64,000 nt of DNA from Alkalispirochaeta sp. (GTDB lineage Bacteria; Spirochaetota; Spirochaetia; DSM-27196; Alkalispirochaetaceae), in the NCBI GenBank assembly GCA_965601925.1, contig OZ271854.1, positions 4,480,001-4,544,000 on the forward strand, given 5' to 3'. The notes under the pieces were generated by a model. The model had not been told where the DNA came from. It did not search any database and saw only the letters and a list, made by a program, of their open reading frames with translations. The translations under genes were made by a program, and so were the position numbers. Each line of letters starts with the position of its first letter. The first letter of the stretch is position 1. Of this stretch, positions 28,814 through 38,842 are shown one piece after another.

Positions 28814-29100
28814 TCAGCGAGCTCGACAACGAATGGCACACGCTCAAGCACGGTAATCCGGTGCCGGGGTTGTATCCCCAGACCGGTACCGAGTTGGTGA
28901 AGGTCAGAGGAACCTCGCGTATCGAGCACGACCATACGATCACCACCTACGAAATCGTCGTCTCCGATAGCGGTCATATCGTAGGAAGATATCGCGTCGT
29001 GGCCGAGGAGATTCAGGCGGACTACGCGACCGGATACACCGAAGAAGACGCGGACGATCCTACGAATGCCGCCGCGGGCGGTTCGGAGGCGAGGGAGTGA
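28783..29100 (+). CDS. hypothetical protein
   Basis: ATG 28783 after GAAGGA; GTGA overlap with the SDR gene. Confidence 0.5.
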   Translation: MDADAQRKEVISELDNEWHTLKHGNPVPGLYPQTGTELVKVRGTSRIEHDHTITTYEIVVSDSGHIVGRYRVVAEEIQADYATGYTEEDADDPTNAAAGGSEARE

Positions 29101-29966
29101 CCGGGCGGCGTGTGACCGTCAAAGAGCGAGATCGGCGTCGGTTGGCGGGGCTCACGATCGCGATAACCGGCAGCAGTGCCGGTATCGGGCGCGAGACGGC
29201 GCGGATGTTACTCGACTGCGGCGCGACGGTCGTCATAAACGGCCGTAACGCTCGTCGCCTCGCGGCGGCGCATGACGAGCTGTCGGACGAGGCATCGATT
29301 ATGCGTCTTTCGGCGGTACGGGCGGACGTCGCGACCGAAGAGGGAGCGGCGGCACTCGTCTCTCATACGATCGAGCGGTGGGGCAAACTCGATGCGCTCA
29401 TCAACAACGCCGGCATTTCGATGCGCGGTTCGGTGGCCGATCTGCGTGCTACGGCGCTGGATCGGTTAATCCATGCAAACATTCGCTCAGCGGTCTTGCC
29501 CACCGTTGCGGCGCTCCCGGAGCTGATCCGTCGTCGTGGACGCGTACTATTCATCTCGACCGTCGCGGCGATTCACGGCTTTCCCGGCGTCTCGTTCTAC
29601 TCGGCGACCAAGGGCGCCGTTGAGCCCTTTGCCGACGGACTCGCCGCTGAGGTCGGGCGTGCGGGCGTATCGGTCGGAATCGTCTTTCTCGGTTTTGTGG
29701 AAAACGACCCGGACAAAACGACGCTCTCCGCGGAGGGAACGCCTTTTCATCACGAGAGAACGGCTACACACAGCCAGGCGGAGGCGGCGTCACATATCGT
29801 GCGCTGTCTCGCCCGCCGTAAACGGCGCCACATCACGATTTTCGCCGGTCGGCTTCTCGATGTAGCCCATCGCATCGCTCCGGCCGCGGTCACCGGTGTG
29901 CTCACGCGCAGCAGAGGTGCGATCCACGCCGTGGACGCCGAGGACGAGACGACACGCCGAGGATAG
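29097..29966 (+). CDS. short-chain dehydrogenase/reductase
   Basis: TGSSAGIG, NNAG, YSATK. Confidence 0.9.
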   Translation: MTGRRVTVKERDRRRLAGLTIAITGSSAGIGRETARMLLDCGATVVINGRNARRLAAAHDELSDEASIMRLSAVRADVATEEGAAALVSHTIERWGKLDALINNAGISMRGSVADLRATALDRLIHANIRSAVLPTVAALPELIRRRGRVLFISTVAAIHGFPGVSFYSATKGAVEPFADGLAAEVGRAGVSVGIVFLGFVENDPDKTTLSAEGTPFHHERTATHSQAEAASHIVRCLARRKRRHITIFAGRLLDVAHRIAPAAVTGVLTRSRGAIHAVDAEDETTRRG

Positions 29967-29970
29967 TGGC

Positions 29971-30576
29971 CTACCGCGTGTCGCGGCCGTATACATCGCG
30001 CCATTTTCGACGCATACGCAGCATCGACTCTTCGTCGGTGTAGTCGTCGAGACGGCCCATGGGGACCCACGCAACGTCGTGGCTCTCCTCGCTCACTACC
30101 GGCGTCTCGCGGTCCGCCGCGAGAAACGCAAACCGGAGATCGTAATGAAAATGGGCCGGAACCGTCTTGTGGGGCGGAATCTCGTGAATATCGATATCGA
30201 AGGGCGTCGGGAAGAGCGTATCGGAATCTCCGACATCGCGTTCGTTCTCGGTCCACAAGACCAGGTGCCCGATGCCGGACTCCTCCGCGACCTCGCGTCG
30301 GGCGGCACCGACGACATCGCGCTCGCCGTCGGTATGGCCGCCCAGTTGAAGCCATCGCCCCAGCTTGCGATGGTGAGTGAGCAGCACCTCCTCCGACGGC
30401 GCGTGGACGACCCACGCCGAAGCGGTGATATGACCCGGCAGAGACGACCGTTCGAGACAACGCGGCCACGTCGATAGCAGGAGCGAGAAGCGACGCACCA
30501 CGTCCTCCTCCGCAGGCCAGCGACGCCGATAGATCGCAAGCGCCCGTTGCAAAGCGCGTCGCTCATCTACCGCCAC
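29971..30576 (-). CDS. NUDIX hydrolase
   Basis: GHITASAWVV, Nudix box GGHTDGERDVVGAARREVAEESG, HYDLRF. Confidence 0.88.
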   Translation of the reverse strand: MAVDERRALQRALAIYRRRWPAEEDVVRRFSLLLSTWPRCLERSSLPGHITASAWVVHAPSEEVLLTHHRKLGRWLQLGGHTDGERDVVGAARREVAEESGIGHLVLWTENERDVGDSDTLFPTPFDIDIHEIPPHKTVPAHFHYDLRFAFLAADRETPVVSEESHDVAWVPMGRLDDYTDEESMLRMRRKWRDVYGRDTR

Positions 30577-30612
30577 GGCACGCTCCGTACTGCGGCGTAG
30601 TCAGATCCATGT

Positions 30613-31641
30613 TCACGAGTCGCTCGAGCGAGCCCACAGGTTGATATCGCTGTCGACCGCGAAACGATCGATCTCCGCGAGCTCCTCGGTGGAGAAGGCG
30701 AGGTCGCCGAGGGCGGCCACGTTCTCCTCGATCTGTCGAGTGCTGCTCGCCCCGATGAGTACCGACGTCACCTCGTCTCGTCGCAGCACCCACGCCAGCG
30801 CCATCTGCGCGAGCGACTGCCCGCGTCGCCCGGCGATCTCGTTGAGTCCTTCGATACGCCGCAGACGCTCGGCGGTGAGCATATCGCGCTTGAGAGCCGT
30901 TCCCGATCGCGCGGCGCGTGAATCGTCCGGAACTGCTCCGAGATACTTGGAGGACAGCATGCCCTGGGCCAGAGGAGAAAAGGCGATACACCCGATCCCC
31001 TTCTCACCTAACGTGTCGAGGAGCCCGTCCTCTACCCACCGGTTCAACATCGAGTACGATGGTTGGTGAATGAGGCACGGCGTACCAAGCTCAGCGAGAA
31101 TGGCCGCGGCCTCACGCGTCTTTTGGGCCGAATAGGATGAGATTCCCGCGTACAACGCCTTTCCCTGCCGTACTGCGGTATCGAGGGCGCCCATCGTCTC
31201 TTCCAGGGGTGTGTCCGGGTCGTAGCGATGGGAGTAAAAGACATCGACGTAGTCGAGTCCCATCCGCCCCAGACTCTGGTCGAGACTGGCGAGAAGGTAT
31301 TTTCGGCTGCCCCACTCGCCGTACGGGCCGCTCCACATGTGATAGCCCGCCTTGGTGGAGATGATTAGTTCGTCACGATACGCCCTCAAATCGCCGGCGA
31401 GGATCCGACCGAAGTTTACCTCCGCGGAGCCGGGCGGAGGCCCGTAGTTGTTGGCGAGATCAAAATGGGTTATACCGAGATCGAAGGCTCGATACACCAT
31501 GGCCGTGATCGAATCGAGCGAACGATCGAAGCCGAAATTATGCCACAGGCCCAATGAGACGGCAGGAAGTTTCAACCCGCTCTTTCCGGTACGGCGAAAG
31601 ACCATTCCGCGGTACCGCGAGGAGTCCGCAACGTATGCCAT
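30613..31641 (-). CDS. aldo/keto reductase, L-glyceraldehyde 3-phosphate reductase (YghZ/Gpr) type
   Basis: SLGLWHNFG, FDLANNYGPPPGSAE, STKAGY, HQPSYSMLNRW, FSPLAQG. Start ATG 31641. Confidence 0.9.
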   Translation of the reverse strand: MAYVADSSRYRGMVFRRTGKSGLKLPAVSLGLWHNFGFDRSLDSITAMVYRAFDLGITHFDLANNYGPPPGSAEVNFGRILAGDLRAYRDELIISTKAGYHMWSGPYGEWGSRKYLLASLDQSLGRMGLDYVDVFYSHRYDPDTPLEETMGALDTAVRQGKALYAGISSYSAQKTREAAAILAELGTPCLIHQPSYSMLNRWVEDGLLDTLGEKGIGCIAFSPLAQGMLSSKYLGAVPDDSRAARSGTALKRDMLTAERLRRIEGLNEIAGRRGQSLAQMALAWVLRRDEVTSVLIGASSTRQIEENVAALGDLAFSTEELAEIDRFAVDSDINLWARSSDS

Positions 31642-31647
31642 TTTTTG

Positions 31648-31676
31648 AACGTATGCCCATTTCTCGGTCGGGTCAA
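31648..31676 (-). promoter_or_regulatory. sigma70 promoter of the aldo/keto reductase gene (leaderless geometry)
   Basis: TTGACC-N17-TACGTT, 6 nt before the ATG. Confidence 0.6.
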
Positions 31677-31782
31677 GAGGAGCGCATCGGCAGTACGAGA
31701 GCCCCCACTTGCCAAGGAGACGGGTGAGCGTGCATGGTGTGAGACTCATGCAGCGTAACCAGACCACGCTTGAGGATGCGTC

Positions 31783-32739
31783 ATGAAGCAACGTCCCTCC
31801 ATGGACCCCCGGCTCGAAAATCACCTCCGAACGATCGCAGGGGACGGCACCGATATCTATCTTCTCGCCGACGGTACGATTCGCTTCATCGCCGTGCACG
31901 GTACGACGCTGGTCAATCGCATGGCGGCTAACCACCGCCTCGGCCCGACCGGCACGCTCATCCTCGGCCAGGCGTATGTGCTCGCGATCCTTTCGAGCTC
32001 CAATCTCAAAAACGACGAGCGCATATCGCTGGTCGTGGAATGCGACGGCCCGGTGCGCGGCCTTGCCGCGGAGGCGAACTCGCGGGGGCAGGTGCGGGGA
32101 TACCTCAGAAACAACGAGGTCGATCAGAACGGTGGAATGAGCATGGACGAACTCTTCGGGCCGGGAGCGCTCTCGTTGATTCGCGTAGGGGGCGACGGAA
32201 GTCGGCCGGTTCAAGGACAGACGGAGTGGCGCCCCGGCGATTTGACGCAGAACGTCGCGTGGTACTACGCCGACAGCGAACAGACCGCGACACTCGTCGA
32301 CGTAAACATCCACTTTGACGGCGCGCGTGTTGTCGGTGCTGCGGGATTTCTTGCCCAGGCGCTACCGGGCGCACAGGAGTCGATACTCGAGGATATCGGA
32401 CGCGCGTTGGAGCCTACTCGCCCGCTGGGAGCGGCGTTTGCCGAGGGTGCGACAACGGCTCAACTGGTACAGGCTCATTTGACGAAATGGAATCCGCAGC
32501 TCGTCGGTACGCGCGACGCGGAGTTCTACTGCGGGTGCAGTCGAGAGCGATTCGGCACCTTTCTCTCGGCGCTCCCGGACGACGAGCGCGAGGATATCCT
32601 GAAAAACGGCCCCTTCCCACTCAAGACGACGTGCCACAACTGCAACACGACCTACGACTTCGAACGACCGGAGATCGAGCGGCTCTTTGCCCCCAGCCCC
32701 TCCGCAGGTCCTCGGAGGACGAAACCCGGCGACGTATAG
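31783..32739 (+). CDS. hslO: Hsp33 redox-regulated chaperone (start 31783 or 31801)
   Basis: CDGPVRGL, SEQ, AAGFLAQALPG, redox switch CGC...CHNC. Confidence 0.88.
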   Translation: MKQRPSMDPRLENHLRTIAGDGTDIYLLADGTIRFIAVHGTTLVNRMAANHRLGPTGTLILGQAYVLAILSSSNLKNDERISLVVECDGPVRGLAAEANSRGQVRGYLRNNEVDQNGGMSMDELFGPGALSLIRVGGDGSRPVQGQTEWRPGDLTQNVAWYYADSEQTATLVDVNIHFDGARVVGAAGFLAQALPGAQESILEDIGRALEPTRPLGAAFAEGATTAQLVQAHLTKWNPQLVGTRDAEFYCGCSRERFGTFLSALPDDEREDILKNGPFPLKTTCHNCNTTYDFERPEIERLFAPSPSAGPRRTKPGDV

Positions 32740-32783
32740 TCGACGCCGAGGAGTGCGTCGGAACCCTTCCCGTACCGTGGTCT

Positions 32784-34583
32784 CTATCGTTCGACTTCCA
32801 CTGCGCGGCGCCGGAGATCGCGGGACACCGAGGAGCGCGCGATAAGATCGACGGCGCGGGATGCGAGAGCGGGATTCTCAACCGAGACGGCGGACCGTTC
32901 GAGGAAGTCGACCATAGCTGGAGCCAAGGCGTTCCGCTCCCTCGCGGACCCGCCGGCAAATCGCGCGACAACGTGGGGAAATGCACCGAACTCGTCGACG
33001 CCGTAATACGCTATCGCCGTCAACGCCGCAGCCGCGATCGGCGGATCGGGATCGAAACGCGCAGAACGGGTCAGGATCGCCCTACTCGCACGATCGGGCA
33101 TGGCGCCGAGGGCGGCAACGGCGCGTAGACGTACGTCCGGCGCGTCGTTGACTGCGGGGCTCCCCTGCATCGGCGAGCCGCGATACACCTCCTCCAGAAG
33201 GTCTGCGAGAATGGATCGATAGTCGACGACGCTACCGTAGAGAGCGTCATCGGAGACCCGACCTTCCAGTCTATCCAACAGCGCGTGTCGATCCGTGATC
33301 GAAGGTCCGTCCAATACCGCCCGGGCCAGGGCGGCCAAGGCACCGGTACCGGGGCTCTCTTGGGTGAATGCAGACGCCGCGGGACCATCCGATACCCCCT
33401 CGCCCGCCGCGTCCGGGAATGATGATCCCTCACCGTACAAGCCGTCCACTGCAAACGCGTGCATGCGCCAGTCGGGAAAGGCGACGATCAACCGTCGGTA
33501 TTCCGGGAGCCACCACATGGTCGACGGAGTCGAGCGCAGACGTAGCGTGGCGGCGACATCTCCCCAGTCGTTCACTAAGAGTAGACGATTATCGGCATCG
33601 ACGAGCGCATGGCCTCGGCCGCCGTCAACCGGCTCGATCATGACGATTGGGGACCGCGGCTCGAGCGCCCATAGGGCTGAGTCGGAACGTCCCATAAGAC
33701 GCACCGATCCGTCCTGCATCGCCACGGCGATCGGCAGCGTCGTGCCGGAGATGCTCCTTCTCGCGCTTTGGCCCCCGGCGGCCATATCGAGGCTCCACAG
33801 CACCCGGGGACGCTCGTTAAGCGCGACGAGAGAGAGGCGTCGCGCCTCGTCCTCGATGAGAAGCTCCTCGGCGTCACCTCCCCCGGCGACCGTAATATCG
33901 ACGATCGATAGCGGCCACTGCACCACGGGGCGCCCTTCACCGCCGCCGTCGAACCGAAACACGCGTCCGTCCGACAATGCGGCGTACACCGCCTCACCGT
34001 CGCCGGCAACCGCCGTAACGCGACCGGGAAGAGCGCGCCGCCAGAGAGTCGTCCCCGCGGTGCTTCCATGGACGACGAGCCCGGAATCGGCAAATGAGTA
34101 AAGATTCCCCTCTCCGTCGAGGGAGACGAACCGTGCGTCTCCGGCGATTCCGCGCCCCCGCCCCCCGGGGACGCCGATCGTGCGAATCGTATGCCCGGTA
34201 GCGCGCACGCGGACGATCGCAGCGTCGCCTACCGCGGCGCCGCTTCGGTCGTCTTCGCCGTAGACGCCGGAGACCAGCAGAAAGACGCCGGGACGTTCGC
34301 GCAGGAACCGAAGGGGCCGACGTATACCCGTAGCGGCGACAGAGACCGTCTCGCCGGTGCGATCGACGAGACGCACGCGTCGATCCTCGGTTGCGATGAG
34401 CATAAACGCGCCTTCCGAGGTGAGCACATCCAAGGGCGGCGCCGCGAGGGCGCCCGCGGTAACGGAGCTCCACGCGAGTCGCAAGCTCCCCGACGATCGA
34501 GGCGCATCGGCGACAACGGGAACGGACGGGCTGAGAATCACCGCAGCGACGGCGAAGAGCGCCCGGACGGCGCGCGCCTTCAC
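32784..34583 (-). CDS. exported beta-propeller + HEAT-repeat hypothetical protein
   Basis: GTGA overlap with the upstream gene, signal peptide, PQQ/WD-like repeats, C-terminal HEAT (VRLRAVAALG). Confidence 0.55.
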   Translation of the reverse strand: MKARAVRALFAVAAVILSPSVPVVADAPRSSGSLRLAWSSVTAGALAAPPLDVLTSEGAFMLIATEDRRVRLVDRTGETVSVAATGIRRPLRFLRERPGVFLLVSGVYGEDDRSGAAVGDAAIVRVRATGHTIRTIGVPGGRGRGIAGDARFVSLDGEGNLYSFADSGLVVHGSTAGTTLWRRALPGRVTAVAGDGEAVYAALSDGRVFRFDGGGEGRPVVQWPLSIVDITVAGGGDAEELLIEDEARRLSLVALNERPRVLWSLDMAAGGQSARRSISGTTLPIAVAMQDGSVRLMGRSDSALWALEPRSPIVMIEPVDGGRGHALVDADNRLLLVNDWGDVAATLRLRSTPSTMWWLPEYRRLIVAFPDWRMHAFAVDGLYGEGSSFPDAAGEGVSDGPAASAFTQESPGTGALAALARAVLDGPSITDRHALLDRLEGRVSDDALYGSVVDYRSILADLLEEVYRGSPMQGSPAVNDAPDVRLRAVAALGAMPDRASRAILTRSARFDPDPPIAAAALTAIAYYGVDEFGAFPHVVARFAGGSARERNALAPAMVDFLERSAVSVENPALASRAVDLIARSSVSRDLRRRAVEVER

Positions 34584-35785
34584 GGTGCCGTCCCCGCGGA
34601 TGCAGGGACGGGATCGAGCACGGCAACACATTCGATGTGCGCGGTCTGCGGATAGAAATCGAAGATCGAGAGCGCGGCAAGACGAAACGACGGGGCGAGC
34701 TCCCCCAGGTCGCGCGCCAACGCCGCTGCGTCGCAGCTCACGTATACTACGCGCGGCGCCCCGGTCACCCCCAACGCGTCGACAAGGACGCCGCCGAGCC
34801 ACGCACGGACCGCCGGCCCGAGGCCCCGGCGCGGCGGATCGAGGAGGATCGTCCCACCCTCGGCGAGAGTCGTCATGAGCCGTGCATCGCCCAAGGCCGA
34901 CTCGGCGGTCGCATTGATCACGCGCACCGTGAGGCGGCCGTTGCCCGCGAGATTATCGTGAATGAATGCGGCGTTGCGTGCGTCAGGCTCGACACACACG
35001 ACCTCGGTAGTCTCGTCGTCCACCGAAAGGGCGGCGAGAAGCCCCGCTCCGGCGTATAAATCGACGAGCGTCCGGCCGCGTCGCTCCCGTCGCAACGTGC
35101 GGGCAAGCTCCGGCAAAAGCGCGTGGTTCGCCTGGGCAAACCCGCCGGGATCGAATCGAATCGCAACGGTATCCACCACGACCGATGCGGTACGGTCACG
35201 GTCGTCGAGAGCGAGTCCCGAAGCGCCGTCGACGATGGTCGTCCGCTCACCGCGCGGCGGCGTCGGGTCGTCGGCACCGTCCGCCCATTTACGGAGGAGT
35301 CGATTGATCGGAGGGGTCGCAACGGGACATTCCGGCACCGGTACCAGCGAGCGAGAACCTCGGCGACGAAATCCCAACACGCCGCGCTCGTCCCGGTGTA
35401 CCTGCACCCGATTACGATATCCGTACTCATCGCCGTACACGACCTCGATGGCGAACGGGTCTATCGAAAGACCGCCGATGCGTCGAAGATTCTCGGCGAC
35501 AATGCGTCGTTTCCACTCGATCTGGGCCTCATAGGAGAGGTGTTGCCAATCACAGCCACCGCACGTTCCGAAGAGACTGCAGGTCGGCCCGCGACGGTGG
35601 GATGAGGCTTCCAACACCTCGGCCAGAGACGCAACGAGCCGACCCTTTCGTCGTCCTCCGATCCGCACGCGAACGAGCTCTCCGGGGAGTGCACCGTGGA
35701 GGAAGGCTACGCCGTCATTGAGACGAACGAGCGCCTCGCCGCCGTTGACCAGTTTTTCGACGCGTGCGATTTCCTCCTTCGGCAT
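34580..35785 (-). CDS. rlmD: TRAM-domain RNA m5U methyltransferase (RlmD-like)
   Basis: TRAM start, CSLFGTCGGC...C, DLYAGAG, LDPPRRG, YVSC, DFYPQTAHIE. Confidence 0.8.
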   Translation of the reverse strand: MPKEEIARVEKLVNGGEALVRLNDGVAFLHGALPGELVRVRIGGRRKGRLVASLAEVLEASSHRRGPTCSLFGTCGGCDWQHLSYEAQIEWKRRIVAENLRRIGGLSIDPFAIEVVYGDEYGYRNRVQVHRDERGVLGFRRRGSRSLVPVPECPVATPPINRLLRKWADGADDPTPPRGERTTIVDGASGLALDDRDRTASVVVDTVAIRFDPGGFAQANHALLPELARTLRRERRGRTLVDLYAGAGLLAALSVDDETTEVVCVEPDARNAAFIHDNLAGNGRLTVRVINATAESALGDARLMTTLAEGGTILLDPPRRGLGPAVRAWLGGVLVDALGVTGAPRVVYVSCDAAALARDLGELAPSFRLAALSIFDFYPQTAHIECVAVLDPVPASAGTAP

Positions 35786-35918
35786 CTCAACTCCTGATTC
35801 GTTCGGATATTTCGTAGGTATCGATACAATGGTGAGGTTTGGCGGGGTGCATCACTATTAATTTGCGCGATGCCAAGATATACTCATATCCTCAAAGATC
35901 GCTTAGAGGAAATAGTAC

Positions 35919-36569
35919 ATGAAGCCTATGAAGCTCGCAAGCCTACCGACGATCAAACGCTTACCCTCGTACTTACACGTGGTGGAAGCGGCGGCACGGG
36001 AGGGGAAACAGTACATATCGGGCACGGTAATTGCCGAAGAGTTGGAACTCGAGGCGATTCAGGTGCGAAAAGACCTCGCGGTGACCGGGATCATCGGGAA
36101 ACCGCGTATCGGATTTCCCGTCGGCGAGCTCATTCAGGCAATCAACTCCTTTCTCGACTGGCACCGAGCTCACAACGCCGTCATCGTCGGGGCCGGACAC
36201 TTGGGTTCGGCGTTAATGGGATACACCGAGTTCCCCCGCCACGGTCTGCACATCGTGACCGCGTTCGATCCCGATCCGAAGAAGATCGGCACGACGATAA
36301 ACGGCGTTCCCATCTTCAGCCTCGACGAGTTACCGGAAGAGGTCCGTCGGCGCGGCATCGATCTGGCGATATTGACCGTACCGTCACCACACGCCCAGGC
36401 GGTAGCGGATCTCCTGGTGAAATGCGGAGTGCGCGCCATATGGAACTTCACCAACGTGAAGATCAAAGTTCCCGATGAGGTGGTGGTACAAAAAGAAGAT
36501 CTCTCGTCGGGATATGCGGTACTCTCGGTCAAGATGCGCGTACGCCAGGCCGACGCGGACACCGCCTGA
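35919..36569 (+). CDS. rex: redox-sensing transcriptional repressor Rex
   Basis: PTIKRLPSY, QVRKDL, IVGAGHLGSAL, IWNFT. Confidence 0.92.
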   Translation: MKPMKLASLPTIKRLPSYLHVVEAAAREGKQYISGTVIAEELELEAIQVRKDLAVTGIIGKPRIGFPVGELIQAINSFLDWHRAHNAVIVGAGHLGSALMGYTEFPRHGLHIVTAFDPDPKKIGTTINGVPIFSLDELPEEVRRRGIDLAILTVPSPHAQAVADLLVKCGVRAIWNFTNVKIKVPDEVVVQKEDLSSGYAVLSVKMRVRQADADTA

Positions 36570-36622
36570 GTAGCCGCACGGCGGACACGATCCGCACACT
36601 CCAACGCCTCCGGAGAGCTCCC

Positions 36623-37669
36623 ATGTCCGACGTTTCGAAGAAGACCGAAGAGCAACAGACGTTCTTCGCCAATAGACTCAAAAAGCGATACAGACACCTC
36701 TGGAAATACGCGAAACGCATCGGGACGAACGCCTTTCGCGTCTACCATCGCGACATTCCCGAGGTTCCTCTCGCGGTAGATTGGTACGACGGCCATCTGC
36801 ATATCGCCGAGTTCGTACGCCCCCACGACAGGACTCCTGAGGAGCACGAGCGGTGGCTCGAGATCATGCTCGATACCGCATCCCGAACGCTCACCGTTCC
36901 AAGAGAGAGAGTGTTCTTTAAACGCCGGGAGCGCCAACGCGGTACCAACCAGTACGAACAGGTCTCTACTCGGCGCTACACGATCACCGTTGAGGAGCAC
37001 GGACTCCTGTTCAAAGTGAATCTGTCGGACTATCTCGACACGGGACTCTTTCTGGACCACCGCGATTTGCGTCTCCACGTTGCGAAACGCTGCCACGCAA
37101 AACGAGTACTTAACCTCTTCGCCTACACCGGTAGTTTTACCGTGTACGCGGCGGCCGCAGGGGCGCGATCGACGACGACCGTCGACCTCTCCAACACGTA
37201 CATCGAATGGGCACGCGAAAATTTGGCACTTAACGCGTTAACCTCGTCCCAGCACGAGTTCCGTCGCGCCGACGTACTCAAAGAGGTCGAAACCCTCCGC
37301 CGCGAGCGTCGCACGTTTGACGTGATCGTTCTCGATCCGCCGAGCTTCTCCAACTCCAAAAACATGGACCGAACCTTCGACGTCCAGCGCGATCACGTGG
37401 CGCTCATCCATGCGTGCCTCGGTCTCCTCGCTCCCGGGGGCGAACTGTTCTTCTCGACCAACAAAAAACGCTTCCAATTCGGACGGCAGGAGATCACCGC
37501 ACCACGCGAGTCGCAACGAGACGGTCGCAACGGCTCCCCGCGGGGAAAGGGCATACCGGGGCGCGGCTCATCGGCAGTTGAGATCCGGAAGCTTACGAAG
37601 CTCACGATGCCTGAGGACTTCAAGGAGACCGGAATCCACTCTGTCTGGAGTATCATCGCAAAAAAATGA
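36623..37669 (+). CDS. SAM-dependent rRNA methyltransferase, stand-alone RlmK-like (C-terminal half of RlmKL)
   Basis: FANRLKK, DYLDTGLFLDHR, LNLFAYTG, VDLSNTY, LDPPSFSNSK, FDVQRDH. Confidence 0.8.
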   Translation: MSDVSKKTEEQQTFFANRLKKRYRHLWKYAKRIGTNAFRVYHRDIPEVPLAVDWYDGHLHIAEFVRPHDRTPEEHERWLEIMLDTASRTLTVPRERVFFKRRERQRGTNQYEQVSTRRYTITVEEHGLLFKVNLSDYLDTGLFLDHRDLRLHVAKRCHAKRVLNLFAYTGSFTVYAAAAGARSTTTVDLSNTYIEWARENLALNALTSSQHEFRRADVLKEVETLRRERRTFDVIVLDPPSFSNSKNMDRTFDVQRDHVALIHACLGLLAPGGELFFSTNKKRFQFGRQEITAPRESQRDGRNGSPRGKGIPGRGSSAVEIRKLTKLTMPEDFKETGIHSVWSIIAKK

Positions 37670-37694
37670 GGGAGCCCTTGCAGGCTCCCCCATT
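37660..37694 (-). terminator. intrinsic terminator of the outer-membrane protein gene
   Basis: Minus strand: AATGGGGGAGCC-TGCAAG-GGCTCCCTCATT followed by a T-run. Confidence 0.75.
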
Positions 37695-37750
37695 ATCCTT
37701 CTCCTGTGCTTCGGTGTATCGGATCGACCGATACACCATTGTATGAATCG

Positions 37751-38842
37751 TTACCAGACGATACCGACGTTCAATCCCACCATCACGCTGTTACCGTCGG
37801 AATCGAAGTAATACATGAACGGCACGTCGACCTTGAGAGGCCCGAGGTTAAGGCCGACGCCTGCGGTCAGGCGCGGACGCACAAAGTCGGGACCGTCGCC
37901 GTCGGTGCCGGCGGTCACGTTGGCCGATCCGTCGGTCACCTCGTACTGCGACGGCGCTCCTTCGAGGATCACGGGGCTCTCAAGCTCCAAGTCAACCTCC
38001 GAATCGCCGAACGCCACATCGATACCGGCGCCGAAGTTGACGTCGAAGAGCCACAGAATGCGGAGTCCCGTCGTTACTTCAAGGGGAATCACGACTGAGT
38101 TGGAACCGATGGTCGCGGTGATCGTGGGTTCCATCGTAAGCTCCGCGCTCCCGAACGGAGAAAAGTCGACGGGTTCCGAAACTTGACCAAACCCCAATTC
38201 GTATATCAACTCGTTACGTTGATATATCAAGCCGGACCCCACGGAGAGACCGCGCCAGCGGAGAAATCCCAAGGGCAAGGAACGCGTCTCCAACAACTGA
38301 TAGTTTACGAGCGCACCGACGCTGAAGGCGTTGTACTCGAACTCCTGAAAGAACCCTTCCGACTCAAACCAACTCAGCTTAAAGTTGACGTACAGATCCT
38401 CGGAGATGAAACCGAGGGGAAATCCGATTCCGATGACCGGGAAAAAGGCCGCGCCGGCGTAGAGATCGCCGTCCTCTTCCAGCCGCTGCGTCGACTCCTC
38501 TATGACCGACGGATCGGACCCAGGGAGCGAGACGGCCGTGCCGAGCCCCGCCACCAGTGCGAATCTCCGGTAATCGATAAAGGCGCGTTGCGTACCGATA
38601 TGGGTGGCGGTAGCGCCGGAGTTGGCTATACCTTGCGCGAGAAGGGGCTGGTCAAAGAACTGGTCGATCTCACCCGTGAGCGCGGCCTCGAAATCACCTG
38701 TCGCGGCGAGAATCCGCTGATTTATGTCATCTTGGTTCGGGCCCGAGACGGAAGGCGGCGTGATACTCACCTGCCCCCAAGCCGCAGCGACGCCGACCAC
38801 CAACAATAGCAACACAATTGACGATCTTTTTAACTGTGTCAT
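37751..38842 (-). CDS. putative outer-membrane beta-barrel protein
   Basis: SD GGAGG, signal peptide AWG-Q, alternating amphipathic beta strands, C-terminal beta-signal VGLNVGIVW. Confidence 0.7.
   Translation of the reverse strand: MTQLKRSSIVLLLLVVGVAAAWGQVSITPPSVSGPNQDDINQRILAATGDFEAALTGEIDQFFDQPLLAQGIANSGATATHIGTQRAFIDYRRFALVAGLGTAVSLPGSDPSVIEESTQRLEEDGDLYAGAAFFPVIGIGFPLGFISEDLYVNFKLSWFESEGFFQEFEYNAFSVGALVNYQLLETRSLPLGFLRWRGLSVGSGLIYQRNELIYELGFGQVSEPVDFSPFGSAELTMEPTITATIGSNSVVIPLEVTTGLRILWLFDVNFGAGIDVAFGDSEVDLELESPVILEGAPSQYEVTDGSANVTAGTDGDGPDFVRPRLTAGVGLNLGPLKVDVPFMYYFDSDGNSVMVGLNVGIVW

Noticed and set aside
31642..32313. N-terminal extension of the aldo/keto reductase in the ORF track (likewise for P83/100, surE and clpS)
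   Set aside because: The extensions overlap neighbouring genes; family homology and promoter boxes place the starts downstream.
35786..35918. Rex operator upstream of rex
   Set aside because: No recognisable TTGTGAA-N4-TTCACAA match.
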